From Fidelibacterota bacterium (lineage in GTDB: Bacteria > Fidelibacterota > Marinisomatia > Marinisomatales > S15-B10): DNA of 18,394 bases. Position numbers and translations under genes: made by a program. Below are positions 1 through 8,665 of the stretch, piece by piece (position 1 is the stretch's first letter; each line of letters begins with the position of its first letter). The stretch lies in contig PBTS01000061.1 in NCBI GenBank assembly GCA_002729175.1, positions 13,171 to 31,564 on the forward strand. Reading direction: 5' to 3'. The notes under the pieces are model-generated. The model was given only the letters and a program-made list of their open reading frames with translations, had not been told where the DNA came from and made no database searches.

Positions 1-53
1 TATGACTACCCCGAGCCCGGCAGAACCATTTTTTTGGCTGTTGGACTGGAACT

Positions 54-1787
54 TTAGTCGTTGAGATTCAACCGAACAGAGAAGTAGGCTAGTCGTCCAG
101 CAGGAGGGAAAAGGGGAGACGCAGAAAAAGTGGTGCCGGGACTGCCCCCCGATGCACTTTCCATGACGTACTGCACATTAGTGAGCACATAAGAAATTTC
201 CACCGATGAGATAACAGCCTTGAACTCGGCGGTGATAATGCCCACCGTATTGTGTGAACTTGCAGTGGTAACATCAGTATAGCCCATATTAAGAATGGGA
301 TCCCAGACAAAACTGGTTCGGTTGCTCCAGTAATTAAAGGAGAGATTGATTCGGGCATCCATCCTTTTCTGAAAAAGATGTTCCCGGAAACGTAAAGCCA
401 TCTCTCCCTGGTGATCGAAGAGATTTCCCCACCCGGACTCGCTCCCAAAGAGCGAAATACCCCTCATTGAGAGAAACCAATCACGGAAGTAGTTGATGCG
501 GCTATCCCACATGGCTCCAGTAACTTTCAAAACCTGATCACTGTTTAATCTGATCATCTTAATACCTGCAATTTCCGTAGTACTCTCAAAGTAATGATGC
601 GGTGTAGCCTGGGAAGCGAACAGCGTCACTTCACCGGACGCTCTGCCCCACCTCATCTCAGCACCGGCTCGCATCACCGTTCGGGTCGGCATAGTGGCAC
701 CGGAATCGGGGCGGACGGCAGGAACCATGGTAGGCGTAAATGAATCGGGCACAAAGAGAAATGGGCGCCCTGTGAACTGAAACGGCAGTGGAAAAAGGTC
801 GTGTCTCAGATCCAGAAAGAGTTCGCTCTTCTCTCTCTTCAATCGGAAATGGCCGTGAAAATTGGGCGTCATTTCCCCTGGAGAAACAGCGGAAACCCCC
901 ATGCCTGCTCTGCTCTCTAGGGCCGACGCCCGCATGCGAATGCCCCCCGAGATCCCCATAAAAGACAATGATTGATTACCAAGACTGTCTGAGTTGAAGA
1001 CGCTCATTCGCCCTGTTCCTGAGAGGAAGAGTGAAAAACCTTTTCTCACAGGCATCTCACCAATGGCGTGCAACCGATTGCTCATGAGATCAGCGGACCA
1101 TTGGGTAACGCTCTCCAGCAACCGCTTGGTTCTGTATCGCTGAAGGAATGACGATCCCTCAACCCTGTATTTGACCGATCCTCTGTTGCCGTTGTAACTG
1201 ATGCCGTTGGAGATGATTTTTTCGCTCCGCTCAGCCCCTTTCTCCCAAATGCCATAAGCTCCGTACGGAATGGCATCTGTGGTTAGATAAAATGCTGATG
1301 CGATTCGCCATTGACCACCCTTTGATTTCCCGGTGACATGATCGAAACGGTAGTTTTGCTGGACCGTCCCACCAGGCTGAGCCAGCGGGTCTAACAGGCC
1401 ATGGTAATCCTCAAAATTTTTCTTTAGGGCCCGAAAGCGTGTATACCTCTTCTCGGACGCTTTTGAGAGAATATCCAAGCTTAACTCATCAAGGTTGTAG
1501 TCACCCGTCCTGTACCACAGTGACGTATTGAAACCGGGCTCACTCCCTTCTAAATCAATACCGGAAAGAAATGGGAAACGGTACCTTGCAGGCCAATGAG
1601 CAAAGTTGCCGTCAAAATGAAGGGGTGGCATCACCCTTTCCACGCCCCATCCAGAAAAACCGTACCTCTGAACCAAACCCCACTGACCGCTCCATTCAAA
1701 AGGAACTTCTCCTGTTGTGAAACCATCTGCGCGTAAGAGCGACACAATCAGGGTGAGAACCGAGAGCAGCTGTTTCCGCCTGTTCAC
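54..1787 (-). CDS. Putative outer-membrane beta-barrel protein (putative porin / TonB-receptor-like barrel)
   Basis: 577-aa ORF. Signal-peptide-like N-terminus (MNRRKQLLSVLTLIVSLLRA), many alternating amphipathic beta-strand stretches, and a C-terminal beta-signal-like strand (YFSVRLNLND). Its GTG start overlaps the upstream TGA stop (GTGA, 1784-1787). Confidence 0.6.
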   Translation of the reverse strand: MNRRKQLLSVLTLIVSLLRADGFTTGEVPFEWSGQWGLVQRYGFSGWGVERVMPPLHFDGNFAHWPARYRFPFLSGIDLEGSEPGFNTSLWYRTGDYNLDELSLDILSKASEKRYTRFRALKKNFEDYHGLLDPLAQPGGTVQQNYRFDHVTGKSKGGQWRIASAFYLTTDAIPYGAYGIWEKGAERSEKIISNGISYNGNRGSVKYRVEGSSFLQRYRTKRLLESVTQWSADLMSNRLHAIGEMPVRKGFSLFLSGTGRMSVFNSDSLGNQSLSFMGISGGIRMRASALESRAGMGVSAVSPGEMTPNFHGHFRLKREKSELFLDLRHDLFPLPFQFTGRPFLFVPDSFTPTMVPAVRPDSGATMPTRTVMRAGAEMRWGRASGEVTLFASQATPHHYFESTTEIAGIKMIRLNSDQVLKVTGAMWDSRINYFRDWFLSMRGISLFGSESGWGNLFDHQGEMALRFREHLFQKRMDARINLSFNYWSNRTSFVWDPILNMGYTDVTTASSHNTVGIITAEFKAVISSVEISYVLTNVQYVMESASGGSPGTTFSASPLFPPAGRLAYFSVRLNLND

Positions 1788-2278
1788 GGCTTGAGTCTGG
1801 AAAAAACTTTCGGCAAGGCGGTGGCGAAGATGACACCGTTGGCCACCTGATGAAGAAAAGTAAAACCGATACCGGTGATAAAAAGGGCGGCTGTCTGGGT
1901 AAGTGGATAGCCGGCGGCCAGAGGATAGCTGAGGGTCGTCAGTGCATCAAAAATAAATGTCAACACCATACCGGCGGCACCGAAAAACATTCTTCGCCGC
2001 CACGTCCAGTCTGGTGGGCTGGCAAAACCTCTGAACCACCCTCCCACGGCGCCCACAAGTCCCATACCGCACATCTGTGCCAGCAACATTGGAAGAAAAA
2101 CGACTCCCGATCCAAGTGGATTGGCGGCACTGAAAATGAATTCGGCAACGACACCCACGGTGAGTCCCCATCCTGTGCCGAGATAGACTCCTGAAGCAAA
2201 TACCACAGCGGTAATTAGTTCAATGTTGGGGACCATAAGCAGAGCGAATCCTGAACCGACGGCCAGCGCTACAAACAT
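1784..2278 (-). CDS. ECF transporter S-component-like membrane protein (CbrT/BtuM-like; substrate uncertain)
   Basis: About 164 aa, multiple hydrophobic helices. 'ALAVGSGFALLMVPNIELITAVVFASGVYLG...G..VG' matches the helix1-PN-helix2-G-helix3 pattern of S-components, with C-terminal 'LHQVANGVIF'. Start moved to the ATG at 2278 (or a nearby codon) because the 2536 start overlaps the HD gene. Confidence 0.75.
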   Translation of the reverse strand: MFVALAVGSGFALLMVPNIELITAVVFASGVYLGTGWGLTVGVVAEFIFSAANPLGSGVVFLPMLLAQMCGMGLVGAVGGWFRGFASPPDWTWRRRMFFGAAGMVLTFIFDALTTLSYPLAAGYPLTQTAALFITGIGFTFLHQVANGVIFATALPKVFSRLKP

Positions 2279-2294
2279 TGCGCCGCGGCTGAGA

Positions 2295-3266
2295 TTACTC
2301 AGCTTCCGGTCTGTCGCCCTTGTAGAGTGCTGCTCCGAAATAATTCCTTCTGTTGGTCCAGTCACCGTCTTCACTGTCTTCAGCCAAAATTCGGTTAAAT
2401 ACGCTAACCTTTGTATCCAAGTTGTCCAGAGCCTGAAGTAAGAGTGCTTCTTTTGTCCGGGCACGGTTCCTGTAGCGGGAATCGAAACCCCCTTCATGGC
2501 ACATAATAAGATGTTCCAACTCCAGTAACAGATCATCGGGGAAATTTTTGATCTCCGCAGCAGCCGCCCTGATCATATCCCTGCCGAGGACGGAATGACC
2601 GATGAAATTGCCTTCATCAGAGTATTCCGGCATGAAGGCATCGGTGAGCTCTTGAACTTTGCCAATACCATGAAGAAGTATTCCTGAAAGAAGCATATCA
2701 ACATCGGCACTGTAGTGTTTTGCCAGTGTAACACCAAGCTTTGCCATGGAGAGCACATGTTCCAAATATCCGGAACGGTATCTGTAGTGCATGGATATGG
2801 AAGCCGGCATGGACATGAGTCTATTTTTATGCTTACGATAAAGATGAGATACAAGTCTCTTGAGAAACTGATTTTCCATTTTTTGGATGATAGTTACCAA
2901 GGATGCCCACATCCGAACCGGATCATAGGGTGACGTAGGAACCAGGGCTTCCGGCTTAAAGCCGTATCTGGCATACTTAGCTTCCGTCGCCTTATTGATA
3001 CGTCCCACAATGATTTGATTTCGGTCCTGAAAAGTGTCCACTCTGCCACGAACGGCTACGGCGTCACCCTGCTCAAACTTCTCATTAAACTCCTGGGCCT
3101 GATCCCACACCTTAGCACCAATCTCTCCTGTGGCATCTGCAAGAGTGAGGTCAAGATAAAGCTCCCCAGTCCGGGTTTTCCTCAGGTGCTTCTCCTTGCA
3201 AAGGTAAAAACCCTGGACATCAGCATCTGTTATTAGCTTTGAGATGGGTACGAGCTTTTTCACCAC
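2295..3266 (-). CDS. yhaM: YhaM/Cbf1-family OB-fold + HD-domain protein (3'-5' exoribonuclease family) with degenerate HD motif
   Basis: N-terminal OB fold (YLDLTLADATGEIGAKVWD...VRGRVDTFQ), then GYLEH, LLHGIGKVQEL, FIGHSVLG, LEHLIMCH and EALLLQALDNLD, all in YhaM order. Confidence 0.85.
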   Translation of the reverse strand: MVKKLVPISKLITDADVQGFYLCKEKHLRKTRTGELYLDLTLADATGEIGAKVWDQAQEFNEKFEQGDAVAVRGRVDTFQDRNQIIVGRINKATEAKYARYGFKPEALVPTSPYDPVRMWASLVTIIQKMENQFLKRLVSHLYRKHKNRLMSMPASISMHYRYRSGYLEHVLSMAKLGVTLAKHYSADVDMLLSGILLHGIGKVQELTDAFMPEYSDEGNFIGHSVLGRDMIRAAAAEIKNFPDDLLLELEHLIMCHEGGFDSRYRNRARTKEALLLQALDNLDTKVSVFNRILAEDSEDGDWTNRRNYFGAALYKGDRPEAE

Positions 3267-3271
3267 ATGTG

Positions 3272-3300
3272 AATTAACGGCTGGAGTGACACAATGTCAA
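3272..3300 (-). promoter_or_regulatory. Sigma70-type promoter for the yhaM-ECF-barrel operon (probably leaderless transcript)
   Basis: Minus strand TTGACA (3300-3295), 17-nt spacer, TTAATT (3277-3272), then 5 nt to the GTG at 3266. No Shine-Dalgarno sequence. Confidence 0.55.
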
Positions 3301-3318
3301 GAGATCAAAGGTGTATCA

Positions 3319-3347
3319 TTGTGGATTCGGAAGCGTTCATCTAAATT
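3319..3347 (+). promoter_or_regulatory. Putative promoter for the RidA-family gene
   Basis: TTGTGG-N17-TAAATT, with SD AAGGAG just upstream of the ATG at 3388. Confidence 0.4.
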
Positions 3348-3387
3348 CGTCTGGCGAGATTAGGGAAGGTCAAGAAAGGAGTCATTT

Positions 3388-3849
3388 ATGGAATTCAAAA
3401 CTGTGGCTGTCGTAATGCTTAGTCTGATGTTGGCAACCTGTGATGTGAATGTCAAGACAGGAAAACATGATGTAGAGTATCTTCAAACGGAAGAATTTGC
3501 CGCTTTGAACTATCCCTTTTCCGAGGCTGTTCGGGTTAGGAATATGCTTTATCTTTCCGGCCAAATAGGAACGCTACCAAACAGCTCTGAATTAATCTCC
3601 GGAGGCATAGGACCTGAAACAAAACAAACCATGGAAAATATCAGTAATGTCCTGGAGAAATATGGCTCTTCAATGGACAAGGTTGTAAAGTGTCTGTGCA
3701 TGTTGGCCGATATTTCAGAATGGGGTGACATGAGTAAAGCTTATGTGAAATTCTTCCCGGATCACAAACCTGCCCGTAGCGCCTTTGCCGGTACCGGTCT
3801 CGCCCTGGGTGCCAGGGTGGAGATTGAGTGCTGGGCAACGGTAGATTAA
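3388..3849 (+). CDS. RidA/YjgF/UK114-family enamine/imine deaminase with N-terminal signal peptide
   Basis: YPFSEAVR, LYLSGQIG, VVKC, PARS (catalytic Arg) and GARVEIEC motifs. SD AAGGAG. Hydrophobic N-terminus ending LATC. Confidence 0.93.
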   Translation: MEFKTVAVVMLSLMLATCDVNVKTGKHDVEYLQTEEFAALNYPFSEAVRVRNMLYLSGQIGTLPNSSELISGGIGPETKQTMENISNVLEKYGSSMDKVVKCLCMLADISEWGDMSKAYVKFFPDHKPARSAFAGTGLALGARVEIECWATVD

Positions 3850-3850
3850 A

Positions 3851-4399
3851 GTGGTAACGACAGACCGTCTCAGAATCATCTTTTTTATTGTAAACGTGGT
3901 AGGCGGCATCGCTGTGTTAGGAAGCTACGCCCACGGTCTACTTACAGAGGTGGCACTGAGACCGAAGCTGTGGGGTGGTGTCCCCGAAGCGTGGCGACCG
4001 CTCTACACCATCAATATGTTCCTAGCAGCGGGTGGCTACTTTTTCTTCACTGCTCACTTTTTGATGCGGGCATTGCCATCAGGGACACTCTTTTTCAACA
4101 GATTTGGTTTTGAGTGGATCATCTTCCTCTACGCAGCTTTCCTCATCTCCTCTGCCCTCTGGATGCCTCTCACCTTCTCAATGATGAAGATTCCCAGCGA
4201 TGGTACATGGTTTGCGATACGGTCGGTTCTCACTGTGACGGGTATAACTTCTGTGACATTACTGGTTTCACTCTTCGCATCGAATGCTGAGCGGAGCGAC
4301 TGGCTCTTTTGGGCGGCGGTGGCGGGGCTCACCCCTTTCATAATTCAAACGGCAATTCTTGACGCCGTTATCTGGCCGCGGTATTTCCACGTAAATTAG
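3851..4399 (+). CDS. Hypothetical multi-pass membrane protein
   Basis: 182 aa with about 5 hydrophobic segments. GTG start 1 nt after the RidA stop. Its stop overlaps the convergent pirin stop. Confidence 0.75.
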   Translation: MVTTDRLRIIFFIVNVVGGIAVLGSYAHGLLTEVALRPKLWGGVPEAWRPLYTINMFLAAGGYFFFTAHFLMRALPSGTLFFNRFGFEWIIFLYAAFLISSALWMPLTFSMMKIPSDGTWFAIRSVLTVTGITSVTLLVSLFASNAERSDWLFWAAVAGLTPFIIQTAILDAVIWPRYFHVN

Positions 4400-5244
4400 G
4401 AAATAGCTTTATCAAAGACACCATTCTGGTAGTCTTCAAACGCCTGAAGTACCTCTCTTCGCGTATTCAGGACAAAGGGGCCGCCCCGGGCGATGGGCTC
4501 ATTCAGTGGTTCACCGGCCAGCAGGAGTGTTCGCCCGCCGCCGGAGGCACCCGCCAGCCGGACTTCCCCCTCTATTCCAAGAACAGCCAGATGACCAGCC
4601 CCAACGGTAGTACCGTCTCCCGCCTCAACCGATCCTTCGTACACATAGAAAACCCCATTCCAACCATCCGGAACTGGCGTAACGAAGTCGTAGCCTTCCT
4701 TCAAGTGTACATCTAGATATAACGCACCAATCTTCGTTTGGGCAGGACCCTCCTCTTTCTCCAACTTCCCCGCAATCACTCTAACTGTTGTCCCATCCCG
4801 AACAATTTCAGGAATAGCATCGGAAGGGATATCCTGATAGGCCGGTTCCGCCATTTTTAGCTTCTTTGGCAAATTTACCCACAACTGAAAACCCCAGACG
4901 AGACCCTCCGTCTGCTCCGGCATTTCGCTGTGAATCACTCCCCGGCCCGCTGTCATCCACTGGACAGAGCCATCCGTCAGAAAACCTTCATTTCCAGCGG
5001 AATCCTTGTGCCGGAACTTTCCGTGGAGCATGTAGGTAACCGTTTCGAATCCGCGGTGAGGATGAGACGGAAAACCACCAATATAACTTTCTGGATCATC
5101 ATTCTTGAATTCGTCCAAAAGTAAAAATGGATCGAGAATGTCCAGATCGGGAGAGCCGATGATACGCTTCAGTTTGACGCCCGCGCCGTCGCTGGTCTGG
5201 ATTCCTTCAATCACCGACGTAATCGGCCGCGTGCTTTTGCTCAA
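4396..5244 (-). CDS. Pirin-family protein (bicupin)
   Basis: DGAGVKL, DPFLLLDEF, GFPSHPHRGFETVTY, QWMTAGRGVIHSEMP, FQLWVNLP and GPFV. Start moved to the TTG at 5244, just after the AKR stop. Confidence 0.95.
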   Translation of the reverse strand: MSKSTRPITSVIEGIQTSDGAGVKLKRIIGSPDLDILDPFLLLDEFKNDDPESYIGGFPSHPHRGFETVTYMLHGKFRHKDSAGNEGFLTDGSVQWMTAGRGVIHSEMPEQTEGLVWGFQLWVNLPKKLKMAEPAYQDIPSDAIPEIVRDGTTVRVIAGKLEKEEGPAQTKIGALYLDVHLKEGYDFVTPVPDGWNGVFYVYEGSVEAGDGTTVGAGHLAVLGIEGEVRLAGASGGGRTLLLAGEPLNEPIARGGPFVLNTRREVLQAFEDYQNGVFDKAIS

Positions 5245-5251
5245 TCCCGAT

Positions 5252-6241
5252 TTACCAGTCAATCCACGCTTTCGGCTTAGACTGGACGATCTTCTCAATC
5301 CGTTCCATGACGTCAGACGTCAACTTCTCCACCACATCTGCAGCCTTCAGATTCTCTTTCAACTGATCCACGCTTGATGCACCCAGGATGACTGTGCTGA
5401 CGTCAGAATTTTTCAGGCACCAGGCGAGACTGAGATGAATAATGGAGATTCCCAACTCATTGGAAAATTCGGTCAATCTTCGCGTTTTCTCAACGCGATC
5501 CTGTCCTTGCGGCGACTCGTGCCGCCGCTTGAGAAAATCATATTCTTCCAGCGTCATGCGCGACTCTTGAGGAATACCATCTTTATACTTGTTAGTCAAT
5601 ACTCCTGATGCCAGCGGCGACCAGATGGTAGTGCCGAACCCTTCATCCTGGAAGAGGCGCAGATACTCCCGCTCCATCTTTTCCCGCTGGAAGAGATTGT
5701 ATTCCGGCTGCTCCATGGTAGGCGGCGTCAGATTGTACTGACGGGCAAGGCCGTAGGCCGCTCGGATTTCGTCAGCGGACCATTCGGACGTCCCCCAATA
5801 GAGAATCTTTCCCTGCCGGACAAGATTGTCCATGGCTCGGACTGTCTCTTCAATTGGGGTTTGCCTGTCAGGACGGTGGCAGAAATAGAGATCGAGGTAC
5901 TCTACATGGAGGCGCCTCAGAGCGGCTTGGCAGGCGTCGGTGATATGTTTTGTGTGCAGACCGCGCTGGGTCGGCTTTTCCCCGCCCCAGAAAACTTTGC
6001 TGGAGACACAGTATGTGTCCCGGGACCAATTCATCTTCTTGAGGACATTTCCCATAATCTCTTCAGATTTCCCGGACGCGTAAACTTCAGCATTATCAAA
6101 GAAGTTGACACCGGCATCATAAGCAGTTTTCATACAGTCCGCTGCTGCTGCTTCATCCATCTGAGAGGAAAATGTCACCCACGACCCGAAAGAGAGTTCG
6201 CTCAGTTTCAGGCCTGATTTTCCCAATCGGCGATAATTCAA
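5252..6241 (-). CDS. Aldo/keto reductase (Kv-beta / AKR6-like clade)
   Basis: YRRLGKSGLKLS, GSWVTF, FFDNAEVY, SSKVFWGG, FCHRPD, YWGTSEW, EQPEYN and WSPLASG. SD AAGGAG before the TTG at 6241. Confidence 0.95.
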   Translation of the reverse strand: MNYRRLGKSGLKLSELSFGSWVTFSSQMDEAAAADCMKTAYDAGVNFFDNAEVYASGKSEEIMGNVLKKMNWSRDTYCVSSKVFWGGEKPTQRGLHTKHITDACQAALRRLHVEYLDLYFCHRPDRQTPIEETVRAMDNLVRQGKILYWGTSEWSADEIRAAYGLARQYNLTPPTMEQPEYNLFQREKMEREYLRLFQDEGFGTTIWSPLASGVLTNKYKDGIPQESRMTLEEYDFLKRRHESPQGQDRVEKTRRLTEFSNELGISIIHLSLAWCLKNSDVSTVILGASSVDQLKENLKAADVVEKLTSDVMERIEKIVQSKPKAWIDW

Positions 6242-6278
6242 GTTCCGGTCTCCTTTAGTAATGAATATGAGATTGGCA

Positions 6279-6307
6279 AACTTACATGGTGGATTGCTCA
6301 GGTTCAA
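6279..6307 (-). promoter_or_regulatory. Putative promoter for the AKR-pirin operon
   Basis: Minus strand TTGAAC (6307-6302), 17-nt spacer, TAAGTT (6284-6279). Back-to-back with a weaker plus-strand TTGCCG-N16-TAACCT (6313-6340) facing the ALDH gene. Confidence 0.5.
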
Positions 6308-6399
6308 CGGGTTTGCCGACGGTTCTTTCGTTCATAACCTTGAACGAATAAATTCCCATAGTTAATCACCATTTTTTTCTTAGCCATAAGGAGATAATT

Positions 6400-7767
6400 A
6401 TGTCACTTGTTTCAATCAATCCCGCCACTGGCGAAAAGATTAGAGAATACCAGGAGACCTCTCAAGAAGAGACCGAAGTCATCCTTCGACAGGCTCAAGA
6501 TGACTTTTTGAGGTGGCGTAAGACCTCTTTTGAACATCGCAAAGATCTTTTATTAAAGGTGGCAGCAGATCTGCGTTCAAATTCTCAACGTTATGCGGAG
6601 ATCATGACCGCAGAGATGGGTAAACCTATCAAAGAGGGGCGGGCGGAAGCTGAGAAATCAGCTTGGGCATGCGAATATTATGCTGAAAACGGGGAGAAAT
6701 TTCTTGCTCCCGAACCTGTAGAAACAGATGCATCCAAAAGCTATGTCACTTTTCTACCAATCGGGACGGTTCTGGCTATCATGCCTTGGAATTTTCCTTT
6801 CTGGCAGGTATTCAGGTTCGCAGCGCCAGCTCTCATGGCTGGTAATATGGGTATAATGAAGCATGCCTCCAACGTTACAGGCTGTGCCCTGGCCATTGAA
6901 AAGATATTTCGTGATGCTGGTTATCCTAAAGGGTGTTTCAACACCTTGGTCATGGGAAGCAGCCGAGTGGGAGAACTGATCGATCACCCTGTTGTGAAGG
7001 CCGTCACGCTGACCGGAAGCACACCAGCAGGAAAGGCAGTGGCGGCCCGTGCTGGAAATGCCCTTAAGAAAACTGTTCTTGAATTGGGTGGAAGTGATCC
7101 GTACGTGATCCTTGAAGATGCTGATCTTGATCAGGCGGTGACCGCTTGTGTTACAGGACGGCTAATCAACACCGGGCAAAGCTGTATCGCTGCGAAGCGG
7201 TTCATCGTAGTGGAATCTGTTGCCAAAGCATTCGAAGAAAAACTGCTGACAGTGATGAAGGAAAAAATAATGGGCGATCCCACAGACGAGTCAAACGACA
7301 TTGGACCCATGGCGCGCCACGACCTCCGGGATGAACTCCACGAGCAGGTGAAACAGTCCGTGGAGGCGGGAGCACGTTGTCTCATGGGCGGTAAAGTCCC
7401 GGAGGTTGAAGGAGCGTATTATCCCGTAACTGTTCTTGCGGATGTAGCCCCAGGCATGGCCGCTTATGAAGAGGAAATATTTGGTCCAGTGGCCAGCATT
7501 ATACCCGTTAGAGATGAAGCAGAAGCACTGAAGACCGCCAACGACACTCCTTTTGGTCTCGGTGGCGCTGTTTTCACAGGTGATATAATAAAAGGTGAAC
7601 AGATCGCATCCGAGATGATAGAAGCCGGGGCATGTTTTGTGAACGATTTTGTCCGTTCAGACCCAAGGCTGCCCTTCGGCGGTGTAAAAGAGAGCGGCTA
7701 CGGGCGGGAGCTGTCCCGATTCGGCATTCGGGAATTTGTGAATGTGAAAACGGTTTATATCCGGTAA
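6400..7767 (+). CDS. NAD(P)-dependent aldehyde dehydrogenase, succinate-semialdehyde dehydrogenase (Sad/GabD1-like)
   Basis: SINPATGE, EMGKP, IMPWNFPFWQVFRF, LTGS, LELGGSDP, GQSCIA (catalytic Cys), EEIFGP and PFGGVKESGYGREL. SD GGGAG. Confidence 0.95.
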   Translation: MSLVSINPATGEKIREYQETSQEETEVILRQAQDDFLRWRKTSFEHRKDLLLKVAADLRSNSQRYAEIMTAEMGKPIKEGRAEAEKSAWACEYYAENGEKFLAPEPVETDASKSYVTFLPIGTVLAIMPWNFPFWQVFRFAAPALMAGNMGIMKHASNVTGCALAIEKIFRDAGYPKGCFNTLVMGSSRVGELIDHPVVKAVTLTGSTPAGKAVAARAGNALKKTVLELGGSDPYVILEDADLDQAVTACVTGRLINTGQSCIAAKRFIVVESVAKAFEEKLLTVMKEKIMGDPTDESNDIGPMARHDLRDELHEQVKQSVEAGARCLMGGKVPEVEGAYYPVTVLADVAPGMAAYEEEIFGPVASIIPVRDEAEALKTANDTPFGLGGAVFTGDIIKGEQIASEMIEAGACFVNDFVRSDPRLPFGGVKESGYGRELSRFGIREFVNVKTVYIR

Positions 7768-7778
7768 ATCGCTCTGTC

Positions 7779-8642
7779 TTAACCTTCTTCCGAAATAATG
7801 GCTTCTCTCAACTCCAGTACCACTTTCACGTAATTCAGGGCGTGATTGTAGCGGAGAACTGATTTCCAGTTTCGGCTACCCTCGGAGAAATCGACACTCC
7901 CCTTGGCATACCCATTCATCACCAGATAGTTTGCCATGCTGGCCAGTACATCAGGCCACTCGAAGGGGTGTCGAACGCCGTCTCCGTCAAAATCCACAGC
8001 ATATCCACGAAAACTTGACGGAATAAACTGACCATAACCAAAAGCACCAGCATAAGAACCACCTAGGGAAAGCGGTGGAACATTGTTCTCGTAACAGTAA
8101 CTGAGAAATTCCGCCATCTCTTTCTCCACCCACTGTTCCCGCCGCGGCAGTTTGTGTATCTGCGTGTGAAGGGCAACAAAAACCGGGTGAGTTTTAGCCC
8201 TTAAGCCATATTGAGACTCCACTCCCGCAAGGCTTACAAGAAGGAAAGGGTCGACACCGAATTGAGAGGAGACGGAATCAAGGAGAGCTTTATTCTCTCT
8301 ATAAAATGTCACTCCACCTGTGATTCTCCGGTTTTTAACAAAAATTTTTCTGTAGTGCTTGTAGGGCATTTTTTCAGCCGGCCGCTCAAAACGGCGAATG
8401 ATCTCATCATCAATAACGATATCGGGATGATCGAATGATCTTTCAAGAAAATCGGGCGGAACACCTTCGTTTTCAAGCTGGTCGAATACTCGGCTGTAAA
8501 TTCCCGTGGCCAGCTCATTCCCGGCAATTTGATCAAGGAGATTTTGTCTTGTTTGAGGTGTCCAGCGGCCGGTTACCTCCACCTGACCTACCAGAGAAGT
8601 GACCAGAGTCAACCCGGCAATGAGAGGGGTGAAATGAATCAA
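7779..8642 (-). CDS. mltB: Lytic murein transglycosylase, MltB/SLT_2 family
   Basis: GVESQYG (catalytic Glu), GSYAGAFGYGQFIPSSF, VDFDGDG EF-hand-like loop, SMANYL and RYNH. Signal peptide. SD GGAG before the TTG. Confidence 0.9.
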   Translation of the reverse strand: MIHFTPLIAGLTLVTSLVGQVEVTGRWTPQTRQNLLDQIAGNELATGIYSRVFDQLENEGVPPDFLERSFDHPDIVIDDEIIRRFERPAEKMPYKHYRKIFVKNRRITGGVTFYRENKALLDSVSSQFGVDPFLLVSLAGVESQYGLRAKTHPVFVALHTQIHKLPRREQWVEKEMAEFLSYCYENNVPPLSLGGSYAGAFGYGQFIPSSFRGYAVDFDGDGVRHPFEWPDVLASMANYLVMNGYAKGSVDFSEGSRNWKSVLRYNHALNYVKVVLELREAIISEEG

Positions 8643-8665
8643 TTTATCTCCACTCTATATAAAGT

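Noticed and set aside
2279..2536. 86-aa N-terminal extension of the ECF S-component ORF
   Set aside because: It overlaps the yhaM 3' end in another frame and shows no S-component features; it looks like a longest-ORF artefact.
3260..3268. Minimal ATG-TGG-TGA (Met-Trp-stop) ORF overlapping the yhaM start
   Set aside because: It lies too close to the -10 box to be transcribed, has no attenuator structure, and is expected by chance.
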